The position numbers were made by a program, and so were the translations under genes. 64,000 bases of DNA, from the NCBI RefSeq assembly GCF_006345805.1, contig NC_042998.1:107136001-107200000 (forward strand). Reading direction: 5' to 3'. Below the pieces are notes generated by a model that ran no database searches, was not told where the DNA came from, and saw nothing but the letters and a program-made list of their open reading frames with translations. The DNA comes from Octopus sinensis (lineage: Eukaryota). Of the stretch, positions 12,101 to 23,970 are shown piece by piece (position 1 is the first letter of the stretch; the number at the start of each line of letters is the position of its first letter).

Positions 12101-12420
12101 ACACCAGAACCAAAAAGTAGCCGCATGTCTAAAAATAAAAAATACAGTATCCCAATAAAAACAGCAACCTGATATAAGCACAACGGGACAGATATTGTTG
12201 TGTGGAGCATGGAGCAAAAGTTATGCACCACGGTAGAGATCGATTGCCCAGCGGATGTGAATATTTCTTCAAATATTGGAGGAAAGGATAACATCTATGG
12301 ATAATTGAAGAGAGAACTACATTCTTACATCGCTTATATATATTAGTGGAACCCCTAGGCATTTACACTATAATGAACAACTGAAAAACTCATCATCGAA
12401 ATCAGCACAAGATTCAGTAT
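9156..12420 (+). mobile_element. Near-full-length but heavily decayed R4/Dong-clade non-LTR retrotransposon (RT + RLE)
   Basis: Collinear motifs across frames: PKWITSLQAHIDRLRISI (~10020); KQDAMWLDEIQ (~10735); IRLSTGIVQVNSLSVMPFCLAVNPLS (degenerate GIFQGDSLSPLLFCLALNPLS, ~11170); DMRMDLGQKNC (DIGMEFGLDKC, ~11397); YKYLEI; NKTVSHNALAVPVL; SNTERIYVKRKD; KHNIVTKTV; TDIVVW..EQK.C..VEIDCPAD.NI (RLE, ~12190). Many stops and frameshifts. Confidence 0.9.
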
Positions 12421-13072
12421 CGACATGAGTGCCTGTGTGTGTTTGTATGTGTGCGTAGCATAATATATTTTAGTTGTTATATAAGTTGGTAGAAAAGAAT
12501 ATTTTGAAAATATTATTAAACTCACAGTAGAGTTGCTATAAATATTCAGGTTTAGTTAGAAACCAGAAAATCGAATTCAACAATCGACCCAACAAAACAT
12601 TTGCAGTAAGGACAGGGTTAGAAGTGAAAAAAATCTGCTGATTGTTTTCCTAGGAATTAGGCAGATTATTTGTTCGATTATTCAAGACATCACAGTTAAT
12701 GCGTCCATTCGTTAGCAATATTGATGACTGTTCCATGTGCAGTTGTCATTACTACTGAGATCATTCTGAGACAATATCATTTTTGATAAACTTCTTAAGT
12801 CAGTTTAATTTACAAAATTGTTAGCAGCTATATTGAAAGTGATACTTTGCAGTGATCTGAGCGCTATTTCATACACTCAAACCTTGTTTCTTTCTAGCCA
12901 ATAATAATAATACTAATGAAACAATAGTCATTGGTTATTCATTAGGTAAATTGTATTTTTCAGCTGTCACAAAAGTTTCAAATATCGCTGTCAAATAGAC
13001 TTGATTATACGTCAAACTCTATAATTATTTTAAATGAAATCTGATAGTCAGAGAAAAATAATCATATTTAAT

Positions 13073-13230
13073 GGTGGTGGTGGTGGCGGCGGCGGCGGTT
13101 GTGGCGGCGGCGGCGGCGGCGGCGGCAGCGTGGTGGTGGTGGTCGTCGTCGTCGTCGTTGTCATCGTTGTCGTTGTGGTGGTCGTGATGGCATTGGTGGT
13201 GATTGAGGGAGAAGGCAACGACGACGATGA
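13073..13230. repeat. Compound GGT/GGC/GTC/GTT trinucleotide repeat
   Basis: In-register succession of triplet motifs; source of the poly-G/V ORF 13034-13468. Confidence 0.95.
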
Positions 13231-13753
13231 ACGAAAAAAGAAAGAAGAAATAAAGAAAAAGAGAGGAAGGAAGGAAAAGAAAGGAAAGGGGAAAAGTGCT
13301 GAGATTTTATATAATCTTGCTTTGCACTCGCTGCCAATTAGATTTTCTTTTTCTATCGATCTGCATGACCCGGAAAATGCAAATGATGGCAGAAATAAGC
13401 AATTGACTATTTGGAATGTGGTAGACCCTCTGGAAAGAAGCGAAAGTATTTGTATAAATCTTGTATAATTTCTTGAGAGAAGAAATAGATTAATAAAAGA
13501 AGAAAAATATATTTCTGGCCTCCAAAACTGTGATAACTGTCGGCATATATTTTAAATAACCAGGGATAATTGCATTTCGCGCATGATCAAAATCTGCGTT
13601 GCGCTTCCACAGAGATGCTTATATACAAAGAAATCCTGATATCCTATGAGTTAATAATCTAAACCAATTCAAGATTTCAGAATTACACAAGACTTGTTCT
13701 CTGTGGACAAAAATCTGGTGAGTGGAACTCAGTAGATTGAAAGAGTACAGAAA

Positions 13754-13763
13754 TGTATGTATG

Positions 13764-13795
<32 letters not shown>

Positions 13796-13925
13796 TGTAT
13801 GTATGTATGTATGTATGTATGTATGTATCTATGTATGTATGTATGTATGTATGTATGTATGTATGTATGTATGTATGTATGTATCTATGTATCTATGTAT
13901 GTATGTATGTGTGTATGTATGCATG
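13754..13925. repeat. (GTAT)n microsatellite
   Basis: About 42 units with rare CTAT variants. Confidence 0.98.
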
Positions 13926-13936
13926 TATGAAATTGA

Positions 13937-14230
13937 AGGCGCGTGGTCCAGTGCTGCACTTATGATCGCAAGATCATGGTTTCGATTTCCGGACCGGGTG
14001 GTGTGTTGTCTTTATGAGTAAAGCACTTCATTTCACATTGCACTGCGATCATTTCTACATCTGCCGTATGACAAACAGTGAACTCGTACAGGTAATGTGG
14101 ATTTAATGGAGGGAGGGAGTGAGCTAATGATCGGTTCAATAATAACAAATCACCTGTACAGAAGTTGCTGAACCCTCATCAATCGTTTACGACACGAGAA
14201 TCCACAAGAGTTCACGAGGTGAGCATGTAT
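13937..14230 (+). mobile_element. tRNA-derived SINE (family D variant)
   Basis: Head GGCGCGTGG...TATGATCGCAAGATCATGGTTTCGATTTCCGG followed by GTGTTGTCTTTATGAGTAAAGCACTTCATTTCACATTGC, as in 63076-63392. Confidence 0.75.
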
Positions 14231-14509
14231 CTGCAAGTGCGTATGCGTTGGGGCTTCTGAGATTTTTTTTGTTTTTCTTATTTTGGATTTTTGTTGTTGT
14301 TATTGTTTTGTTTAGTTGTTTTTTTTTGTTTGTTTTTTTTTACATTGAGTCTAAAACTAATGTTTCTTTTTATGTCTGTTTTTGTTTAGGACAAACAAAA
14401 ATATTACTCGATAAAATAGGTGCCAGATTGAAATAAGTAGTGGGGTCGAAGAAGTCGACTAAACCCCTTGAATGTGGTGACCCCTAATTCACAATCCAAT
14501 GACGGAATA

Positions 14510-14591
<82 letters not shown>

Positions 14592-14789
14592 CAAATCCCC
14601 ACCGAGTTAACACGGGATCTCCAAACGACAATGTAAACTTCATATAGTCAAGGTATCCTTAGTCTGAAGGTTTGCGATCTACCCCTCGTTTGGATAATTT
14701 ACTACTTCCGAGGTTACGCTATCCTAGATTTTATCAACCCTATTCCATAATTTTGGGAAATATATATATACACACATACATACACACAA

Positions 14790-14859
<70 letters not shown>

Positions 14860-14874
<15 letters not shown>

Positions 14875-15080
14875 CTCATGTGATCTCTTGAGCACCACCA
14901 GCAAAAATATTTTTTTCCTCTGTCTTCCCTTCTCGGATCTTTCCTTCTCCTTGTTTCCGACGAAGACCTCCGCTCGAAACGTTAAACCCTCCTTCCCTTC
15001 TTTCCTGAGCGTCAAATAATACTTTAATTGTTCCACGTCCTCGCGTTGCTGTGTTTTTTTTTGGTGTTTTTTCTGTGTTT
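14860..15080 (+). mobile_element. PLE pseudo-LTR fragment with a degenerate minimal hammerhead (14953-14987)
   Basis: GTTT-CCGACGA-A-GACCTCCGCTC-GAAACGTT-AAAC, then CCTGAGCGTC..ATAATACTTT....CCACGTCCTCGCGTTG, shared with 53790-54000 (minus) and 56130-56430. Confidence 0.72.
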
Positions 15081-15105
15081 TCTTGTTTGGATTAACTTTA
15101 TATAT

Positions 15106-15156
<51 letters not shown>

Positions 15157-15244
15157 TAATGTTTGTTATGATGTAATGAAAACAATTTTACATTTTATTG
15201 AAGGATTATTCAATAGATTTTTTTATGAGAATAGTATTGAAGGC

Positions 15245-16137
15245 GACTTCGATGTTTCAGTCAGCTAATTCATCATCAAACTGACATGCATTTGAATTCA
15301 TGTTATTTTTATGTTGTTTCTGTTAAGTTCAAATTTTCTAGGGTAGGTTGAGTTCTACTGGATGATATTTAGACTGTATAGTAGTCTGCGATGGCAAAAT
15401 GTTCTGGAGAATTTTTGTAATAATCACGCTTGAAACCAGTAGAAGAAATATTTATAAAAACTTCACTTCACTAAGCACAAAGGTTTAGCAACCAGGTAAT
15501 TCCAAGAACAATGATCTCTTGGAGACAAATATGCCGACCAACAAATATTTAACCTACCTGCATCCTGTTGTAAATACTAAAATCTTTGGTTAGCAAATTT
15601 TCCATTCTAACAGCACTATGAGATGCTTAAGTGATAACCAACACTCTCCCAATAGAAACAGCTGAAAAACCCTAAATAATACCAGAATACTACCTACTTG
15701 CATTTTTATGAACCCAAAAAGCTGATATACCAAGTTAACACACCTAATTACAAAGGTTAAAATACTGGATTGAACTGTAAGATTTAACCTTCACATACTC
15801 AAAGGAAAAGGTCAAATATCCCATTAATATCCAAAAAAACTAACAACTACACCGAGTGACACATCTGCTGATCAATAACATAATATATGTTTCTGTGAAA
15901 CCTTATGACCTGAAGATGACACACTTAAATAGACACACCTGATTACAAATTCTAAACACTAGCACATCCCCATAGTTAATCAATAAAACTTCTCCATAAC
16001 ATCTTGCTATCACAACCTACCACAAAACTTGATTATCATTCAACCCTAGAAAATTTGAACAGAAACTATATAAAACCAACATGAACCGAAATGCATCTCA
16101 GATTGATGATGGCTTGGCTGGCCGAAACATCGAAGTC
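15245..16137. mobile_element. ~0.9 kb unit bounded by ~95-nt inverted repeats that carry hammerhead-like cores (probable PLE derivative)
   Basis: 15245-15343 is the reverse complement (~80% identity by eye) of 16043-16137 (ACCCTAGAAAATTTGAAC...AACATGAA..AAATGCAT.TCAG.TTGATGATG....GCTG.C.GAAACATCGAAGTC). Confidence 0.65.
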
Positions 16138-16199
16138 AGTGTATGTGCGTGTGTGGTGTGTGTGTGTGCATGTGTGGGTGCGTGCGTGCGTGAGTGCGT

Positions 16200-16445
16200 G
16201 TGTGTGTGTGTGTGTGCGTGTGTGTGTGTCTTTTTGTCTGTTTGACCCTCCACCACCGCTTGACAACTGGTGTTGGAGTTTACGTTCCTGTAACTTAGCG
16301 GTTCGGCAAAAGAGAACAAAAGAATACACAGCGGACTTTTTAAAAAAATGAGTCTTGCGGTCGATTACTTCGACTTAAAACCCTTCAAGGTGGTGCCCCA
16401 GCATGGCCGGAGTCAAATGACTGAAACAAGGAAAAGATAAAAGAT
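16200..16445 (+). mobile_element. SINE family C, 3' half
   Basis: TTGACAACTGGTGTTGGAGTTTACGTTCCTGTAACTTAGCGGTTCGGCAAAAGAG...CAAGGTGGTGCCCCAGCATGGCCGGAGTCAAATGACTGAAACAAGGAAAAGATAAAAG. Confidence 0.85.
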
Positions 16446-16644
16446 ATAGCGAGAGACTTTGTTAATCAGTTGAGCATTGTATATAGAAATCTAGAGCTTG
16501 TTTTATACCGCAAACTGGGAGTCTTAATAATAAAGCAAATAAATATGTAAATTAATGTAAAAGTTATGGATATAACATGCCGAAACAATTCTGAATCCAG
16601 TGTGCTAAACCTAGTCGTGGATATTTATGGCTCCTACTTTTATC

Positions 16645-16724
<80 letters not shown>

Positions 16725-17419
16725 TTCTTTCTTTCTTTCTCTGTATATATCTATATATCTATATAGATATATAGATATATAGATATATATGTATATATAT
16801 AATGCAATTGAGAATGACATAACGACAAAAAAGTATATGTATTTATATTTTTTCCGTGTCGTTACGTCATTCTCAATTTCATTATAAATTTTTTTCTCTC
16901 TATATCTCATCGCAATTCTTCATTCTCTCATTTCTTATCACTTTTTTCCCGCTATTTCTTGCTCCTCCTCCTTCCACCCCTTTTCTTTTTTATATATATT
17001 TTCTCCTTCACTTCTTATCTTTTTTTTTGTTATTTTAATCATGTTTTGTTTTTTACTTGTTTATTTTATTGACTTCTTCCTGAATTCGTTTTTTTTTTTT
17101 TGCCTTTTTCGGTGCCAACTCTACTCCATCTTATACTAATTGTCATTTCATCGATTAATTTTTCACAGCTGGGATTGAAATTATATTCACTGCTGTGGAA
17201 TAAAATTTCTGACCACTACTTTATGTCAGCATCATATTTCCTCCCTACCTCTAGTGCAACAATGACAGCAACAACAACAACAACAACAACAACATTATAA
17301 ACAACGATGGAAAGGTTCTTTTAAACAACCTTCGAAAATATATCTGCCATTCTTAATCATCAAAATCATCGACCATTAACATCTCCGTCATCAATAGCAC
17401 CATTGTCGTCCTCAGTATC

Positions 17420-17454
17420 ACATCACCGACATCATCATCATCCTCATTCTCGTT

Positions 17455-17485
<31 letters not shown>

Positions 17486-17645
17486 CCATCTTTTTCTTCT
17501 TCTTCTTCATCATCATCATCATCCTCATCATCATCCTCATCATCCTCATCTTCTTCATTATCATCATCATCATCATCATCATCAATACTATCGTTGCCGT
17601 CGGTTGTCGCCGTCTCATTGTCGTCGTCGTCGTCATCGTCATCAT
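17420..17645. repeat. (CAT)n/(CTT)n/(CGT)n compound microsatellite
   Basis: Source of the poly-His and poly-Met ORFs. Confidence 0.95.
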
Positions 17646-17939
17646 TCCATCACAGCACAGACATTTTTACTAACCAGAAAGATTGATTTTTTCTGCGCGT
17701 ATAATCATCTCAATGTCATCATCACCATCATCAACTGAAGCCTTACAAACGATATTTCTGCATTTGACGTTATTGTTAACCAAACTTGCTGATAGAAAGG
17801 GATGCTTACGATCCTCCATTATTAATATAATGATATTAAACCGAATCGGTTTATTATTCACAAAGCAGGAAATGTTAACCTTGAATCTAACCATTATTAT
17901 TATCATTATTATTATCATCATTATTATCATCGTTATCAC

Positions 17940-18005
<66 letters not shown>

Positions 18006-18185
18006 ATACTTGGACGGTGGACTGACAGAATCGTTAGAGCAGTATTTAATTACGGGTCTTCACTTTCTAGTTCAAATGACACCAAGGTCAACTTTGTCTT
18101 TAATTCCAAAGAGATTGCTAAAATACCAGTCAATAGAATCGATTTATCTCATTTCTGAACTTGTATATTTACATTAGCCTTGTTG

Positions 18186-18267
<82 letters not shown>

Positions 18268-18416
18268 TGATAAATACACACACACATACACGACATACAC
18301 AAGATAAAACCATAAAACTGACAAACGCACTTTGGAAGGAGAACATACACAAACTTGCTCGTACCGAGTTCCTGAAACAGGTTCAGCTACGACAATGAAC
18401 ATTAATAATAATAATA

Positions 18417-18620
18417 TTGGTTTCAAATTTTGGCACAAGCGGGGTGGGGGATAAATAGATTATATCGACCCCAGTGTTCAACTGGTGCTTTATTTTATCG
18501 ACCCCGAACAGATGAAAGGCAAAGATGTCCTCGGCGGAATTTCAACTCAGAACGTAAAGGCGAACGAAACGCCGCTAAGTGTTTTGCCCGGCGAGCTAAC
18601 GATTCTACCAGCTCACCGTC
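18417..18620 (-). mobile_element. SINE family A (most abundant, ~210 nt)
   Basis: The reverse strand reads GACGGTGAGCTGGTAGAATCGTTAGCTCGCCGGGCAAAACACTTAGCGG...GTTCTGAGTTGAAATTCCGCCGAGG...GGGGTCGATAAAATAAAGCACCAGTT. Flanked by (AAT)n. Confidence 0.9.
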
Positions 18621-18647
18621 ATAATAATAATAATAATAATAATAATG

Positions 18648-18738
<91 letters not shown>

Positions 18739-18902
18739 CGATGGCGATAATGATGATGATGTTCCTGTTGCCATTTATTTTTCAGTTTTACTCTGAGAGA
18801 ATGTCATAGCATCGGCTACCTGGTCAAGTTGGTATACACCACCAAGAATTCAATATCTCTCTTAGATGACCTAACATTTGAATTGCCTAGGTCCATGTTC
18901 GC

Positions 18903-18933
<31 letters not shown>

Positions 18934-19004
18934 CATACATACATACATACATACATACATACATACATACATACGTACGTACGTACGTATATACATACAT
19001 ACCA

Positions 19005-20060
19005 TCAGATGAAAGGATGAAAGCTTTCTAAATGCAACACTTCCCTTCCTCATTCGATTGTATATCTCTGCATCAAGACTACCATCTCTTGACAGTATGC
19101 TTCCTAGGTAAACAAAGATGTCAACGACTTCTAATCTTGTTCCATTGTTCCACTTACAAACATGTTTGGTTCAGAATGTTTGTCCTCGCACGGTAGTAAA
19201 CATTGCTTTGGTTTTCCCCAAACTAATTGTCAGTCCGAAATGTATACATGCAGTGGAAAAGTCTGTCCATTAAATGCTGCATTTCCCCCTCTGAGTGTGC
19301 CAACATATCAACATCAATTCTCTAACAAGTATTTTGAAAGTCTTTGCTTTGCAGTCAAACCGGGTCAAATTAAAAATACCACCAGATGTCCGAAATCTGA
19401 TTTCGATTCCCTTGTTGCAATACTTGAAAGCATACCAAAGTAATGCAGCAAAATAAATAGAGAAAATTATAGGGGCAGGAATATCTCCCTGTTTGACACC
19501 GTTGTCCACCGAAAATTCATGAGATAGCTCCCCATTAAAGACTACCTGAGCTTTCATGTTCCTGTGTAGTTCTTTAAAGATGCTTACAAAATGTGTTGGA
19601 CAACCAGGTTTACACAAAACAATTCACAGTGCCTCCCGCTTTACCGTGTCGAATGCCTTAGTTAAATCTATAAAGACCTAAAATAGTGGCATTTATTCCT
19701 CTAAGCATTTCTCTTGAACCTGCCTCACAGAAAATATCATGTCCATTGTTCTTCGCTCAGGTCTGAAACCACACTGTTCTTCAGGAATCACATATGAAGA
19801 CATTCCCAACAAGACGATCTAACATGATCCTTGAAATTATCTTCCCGGTATGAAGAGTTATCCCTCTAGAATTACTACACACTGCTTTCGGGCTCTTACC
19901 CTTGTATACAGAGATTAGAATGCCATTTATCCATTCTTGTGGCACAGAAAATTCATTCCAAACTCGAGTTATCAGGTTATGAATTTCAGATGAAATATGA
20001 TCTCCATCTGCTTTCAGAATTTCAACTGGAAATTTATGAACTTTGAATGTATAAGAGTAT
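19005..20060 (-). mobile_element. RTE-clade LINE, reverse-transcriptase core (pseudogenised)
   Basis: VPQEWINGILISVYKGK...SNSRGITL; PEEQCGFRPERRTMDMIFSVRQVQEKCLE; FIDLTKAFDTV; GVKQGDIPAPIIFSIYF; FGLTISLGKTKAM; YLGS...RKGSVAFRKL, with stops and frameshifts. Confidence 0.94.
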
Positions 20061-20074
20061 AAACAAGAGTAAAA

Positions 20075-20580
20075 TAGAGTAAACAACTAAAATAAAAGTA
20101 TTATCATATTCTCTTGCTTGCTTCAGTAATTTGACTGCGGCCATGCTGGAGCACCGCCTTTAGTCGAACGAATCGACCCCAAGACTTATTCTTTGTAAGC
20201 CTAGTACTTATTCTATCGGTTTCTTTTGCCGAACCGCTAAGTTGCGGAGACGTAAACACACCAGCATCGGTTGTCAAGCGATGGTGGAGGGGACAAACAC
20301 AAACACACAAACATATACATACATATATAAATATATCTTTTATCTTTTACTTGTTCCAGTCATCATTGGACTGTGGCCATGCTGGAGCACCGCCTTGAAG
20401 AATTCTTAGTCGAATGAGTTGGCGGTAGTATATTTTTATAGTTTTTAAACCTAGTACTTATTGTATCGGTCACTTTTGCCGAATCGCTAATTTACAAATA
20501 GGTGAACCCACCAACACCGGTTGTCAAGCGGTAGTAGGGGACAAACAGAGACACAAAGATACACACACACACACACACAC
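20075..20580 (-). mobile_element. Two tandem copies of the SINE family C 3' half
   Basis: Both 20075-20330 and 20340-20580 contain ACTG.GGCCATGCTGGAGCACCGCCTT...CCTAGTACTTATT.TATCGGT...GGTTGTCAAGCG.T.G..GGGGACAAAC. Confidence 0.9.
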
Positions 20581-20625
20581 ACACAAATATGTGTGTGAAT
20601 GTGTGTGTATGTCTGTGTCTGTGTA

Positions 20626-20843
20626 TACGAGGGGTGTTGAAAAGTTCCTGGCTTTGAGTAAAAGAATATACAGGAGGATCTGTCAATTATGATTGTATTC
20701 AACATACTTCCTCTCAGATTCAAACACTTATTGCTGCGGTCCTTCAGTTTTTCTAAACTCTGTAAAAAGACTCGGAAGGTTGGGCCTCCAGCCAGGCCTT
20801 TCGCAACACCCTTGAAATCAGGAACCTTCCAGCTCCCCTCGTA
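20626..20843. mobile_element. Mariner-type MITE (~215 nt)
   Basis: TA-flanked imperfect TIRs TACGAGGGGTGTTGAAAAGTTCCTG / CAGGAACCTTCCAGCTCCCCTCGTA, inserted in a (TG)n tract. Confidence 0.8.
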
Positions 20844-20853
20844 TGTATATATA

Positions 20854-20899
<46 letters not shown>

Positions 20900-21961
20900 T
20901 GAATGTGTACGTGTGTATGTGTGTTTGTGCGTGTATGTATGTAAATGTATTTGTGTGCATGTGTGTGTGTATATATTCAGATAATATCGAGGTCTCTTTC
21001 ATTCTTTTGTTATCTTATCATTTTTATCAATATATATATATATATATATATATCAGATATCATTCACAAATTGATCGATTGTTTGAAGCTTATAACGGAG
21101 TTAAACTCTCCCAATGTACCGACTTGTGGGATTGAACCAGGGATCAGGTGGTTGTAAAGCGAATTCTTAGAACATGTACGTGTAGGTTTGCAATTTTTCT
21201 GAAGATTGACTGATTAGTTGGTAGTACATTTGATTTGCTGATAATGCTATTATTCGTGTTCTCAACTCAAAAATAATTATTGCCATTTCTAGTCAATATA
21301 TGGAACAGGCGCCCATTCGGTGAAAGTAAAATATAAAGAAATAAACAAATAAATAAAACAGTTATAGTATTTCAATAACTACAAAAAAATCTGCATGTAA
21401 GATGGTGCTATACATATCACTATAGTTATATTTCGCATGTGAATATTGCCCTGAAGCAAGTGTTATTATATATTATGGATTGAAGACAATGATTAGTTTT
21501 AGTGAATTTCATTTTGTTTGATAACTCAAGGCCAGTTGCAGGGGGAAGCTATTTTTAACAACAATATTTGTACTTTACGACCAAAATAAATTAAAACAAA
21601 GATGGTGGATAATGCATAAATAATAAGCTATTCAATTTCTGTATTACAAAGACGACCATCATAGTATTGATTAAGAATTTTATCAACATTGCGTTTTTAA
21701 TACTTACTCTAAGTTCAAATCTTATTGAGATCAATATTGACTTTCATTTTGTGGGAAGGTCGCTTACATAAAGTAGCATTCAATTACTAGGGGACGATTT
21801 AATCGTCTCTACTTTCCCCAAAGTTTATAGCCTTGTGCTAATGCTATATGTCAATATTTATATGCTTTCCTTTTCGTTGGTTGCTCGTTTATATTTTAAC
21901 TATTCCTCGGACAACGTCTAAACGCACGAAACCTACACGATTTCAGTATTTGCGGAGACTA

Positions 21962-22833
21962 CGAGGTGCATTCAAAAAGTATCCGACTTAATATTTTCCC
22001 ACCGAAACTAATGCCGCGTGAGCAAAGTCCTTTGAGTGGGAGACAAACGCTACCCTTCCTGCGCATGCATGAACATTTTCCCGCCTATAGACTGCGTCGT
22101 TCCCGGGTGTTACGCCTATAGTATAGACATTTAGTGCGCACTCGTCAGATTTTCATTTTCACCGAACGCATCGAGCAGAGATATTGCATCAAGTCTTGCC
22201 AAAATATTTTGCAGGCTTTTGGAGAGGATGTCATGGGCAAAACTCAGATCAAGGAGTGGCAGAATTGCTTCAAACGTGGCCTCACTTCAGCAGAGAATGA
22301 GGCACGCTCAAGCAGACCATCCACAAGCCGAAATGAGGAGCCGATTGAGAAGGTTCGGCAAATAGTCACACAAGACTTTCGTGTAACAATCCAGGAAATT
22401 GCCGACGAAGTGGGAATACCCAAAGAATCAGTGGGTTCTATTTTAACAGAGGATCTGTGCAAGCTGAGTGTCTGCGAAATTCGTTCCCAAAGTGTTGGCG
22501 GGGTAGCAAAAGCAACTCCGCAAGGAAATCGCTCAAGACATGCTGGAGTGTACAAACCACGGCCCAGGTTTCATGATGACCATTCTCACTGCCAATGAGA
22601 CATAGATTTATGGTCTCTGCTCGATGCATTCGGTCATCTTCCATGAAAACGAAAATCCGAGGTGCACGTACTACACGTCTGTACTGTAGGTGTAACAGCC
22701 AAGAACTGACACCACCTGCAAATTTTCACACATGCGCCGGAATGATGGAGTCACCTCCCACCCAAAACATTTTGCCCAAGCGGCATTAGTTTTGGCAGGA
22801 AAATAGAGTCAGATACTTTATGAACATACCTCG
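21962..22833 (+). mobile_element. Mariner (Tc1/mariner) deletion derivative
   Basis: TIRs (TA)CGAGGTGCATTCAAAAAGTATCCGACT / AGTCAGATACTTTATGAACATACCTCG(TA). ORF relic EQRYCIK...W...FKRG.TS.ENEARS.RPSTSRNEE.IEKVRQIV..D.RVTIQEIADEVGI...FVPK covers the DNA-binding half; most of the catalytic domain is missing. Confidence 0.92.
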
Positions 22834-23679
22834 TATTCTACCTTCACATATATAATCTGTCAGTCTTAATAGCATTTAAACTTAACAATGAAGATAGAAT
22901 TGTTTGACTGGAGCTCGTGATGAGTTTTCTGATTAAATTCAAAGTAATATCTACTCTGACAATTAGATTTCTAGTTGTTTATTTGGTTTCTGAGAACTTT
23001 TTATTTTGATGTAGCATAGGTGAAGTTTGAAATAGAACCTTCTTATTTGACAAAGAATAAACAACATCTGAATGAATGATGCTGTCTAATTCTTAACCTA
23101 AAGAAATTAATCAATTTACAATACTTCGTTTATTTTGTCCGATAATGATTGAATTTCAAATAAAATATACGTTGCCTTATGTCTCAACATGTGAACTCTA
23201 GGATCATAGAGTTAAGATAACTGTCTTTAAATTAGCTTTTTAACTTTTTAGCCATTTTTCCATCCGAACAATCAATCACAAGTGGTATAACCTCGCGACG
23301 TAACTTTCCCGTCCATGCATTTCAAACAGAAAAAGTAATGAGGGAATGAGGGGAAACTGTTTTCTGATTCTTTTTCCTCGCTGGAAAATTCCACATTAAT
23401 AATACCATTTATAATCTAATGATAAATCTGGTGGTCTATCAGTTGTTAACTTTCGCATGCGATATAAAATTATTTTACTGTCGTCAGTTTAATTCCTTTA
23501 AAGCAAGTAATTTGATAGCACAATACACTTGTTTTCCTATTACTTCTAGTTGTAGCAATGTTATTGCTTGTGCCATAAATACATTGATATACTCGGGATC
23601 GATGTAATTGACTCTCCCCCTCCTCCAAAATTTCAAGCCTTCTACCTTTAGTAGAGAGAATATTAACATTATCGTTAAA

Positions 23680-23897
23680 TATTCTTTTCTACTCTAGGCA
23701 CAATGCCCGAAATTTTTTTTTTGGGGGGGGGGGGTGCCAGTCGATTAGATCGACCCCAGTACACAACTGGTACTTAAGTTATCGACCCCGAAAGAATGAA
23801 AAGCAAAGTCGACCTCGGCGGAATTTAACTCAGAATATAAAGACAGACCAAATACCGCTAAGCATATCACCCGGCGTGCTAATGTTTCTGCCAGCTT
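23680..23897 (-). mobile_element. SINE family A
   Basis: Full body GTCGACCTCGGCGGAATTTAACTCAGAA...CCGCTAAGCAT...CCGGCGTGCTAATGTTTCTGCCAGCT. Confidence 0.9.
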
Positions 23898-23970
23898 AAT
23901 ATTTACATACAATAACATTAGTTTTTATATCACTAAGACGTTTATAAGCTTCATAATTCCCGTATCAAGC

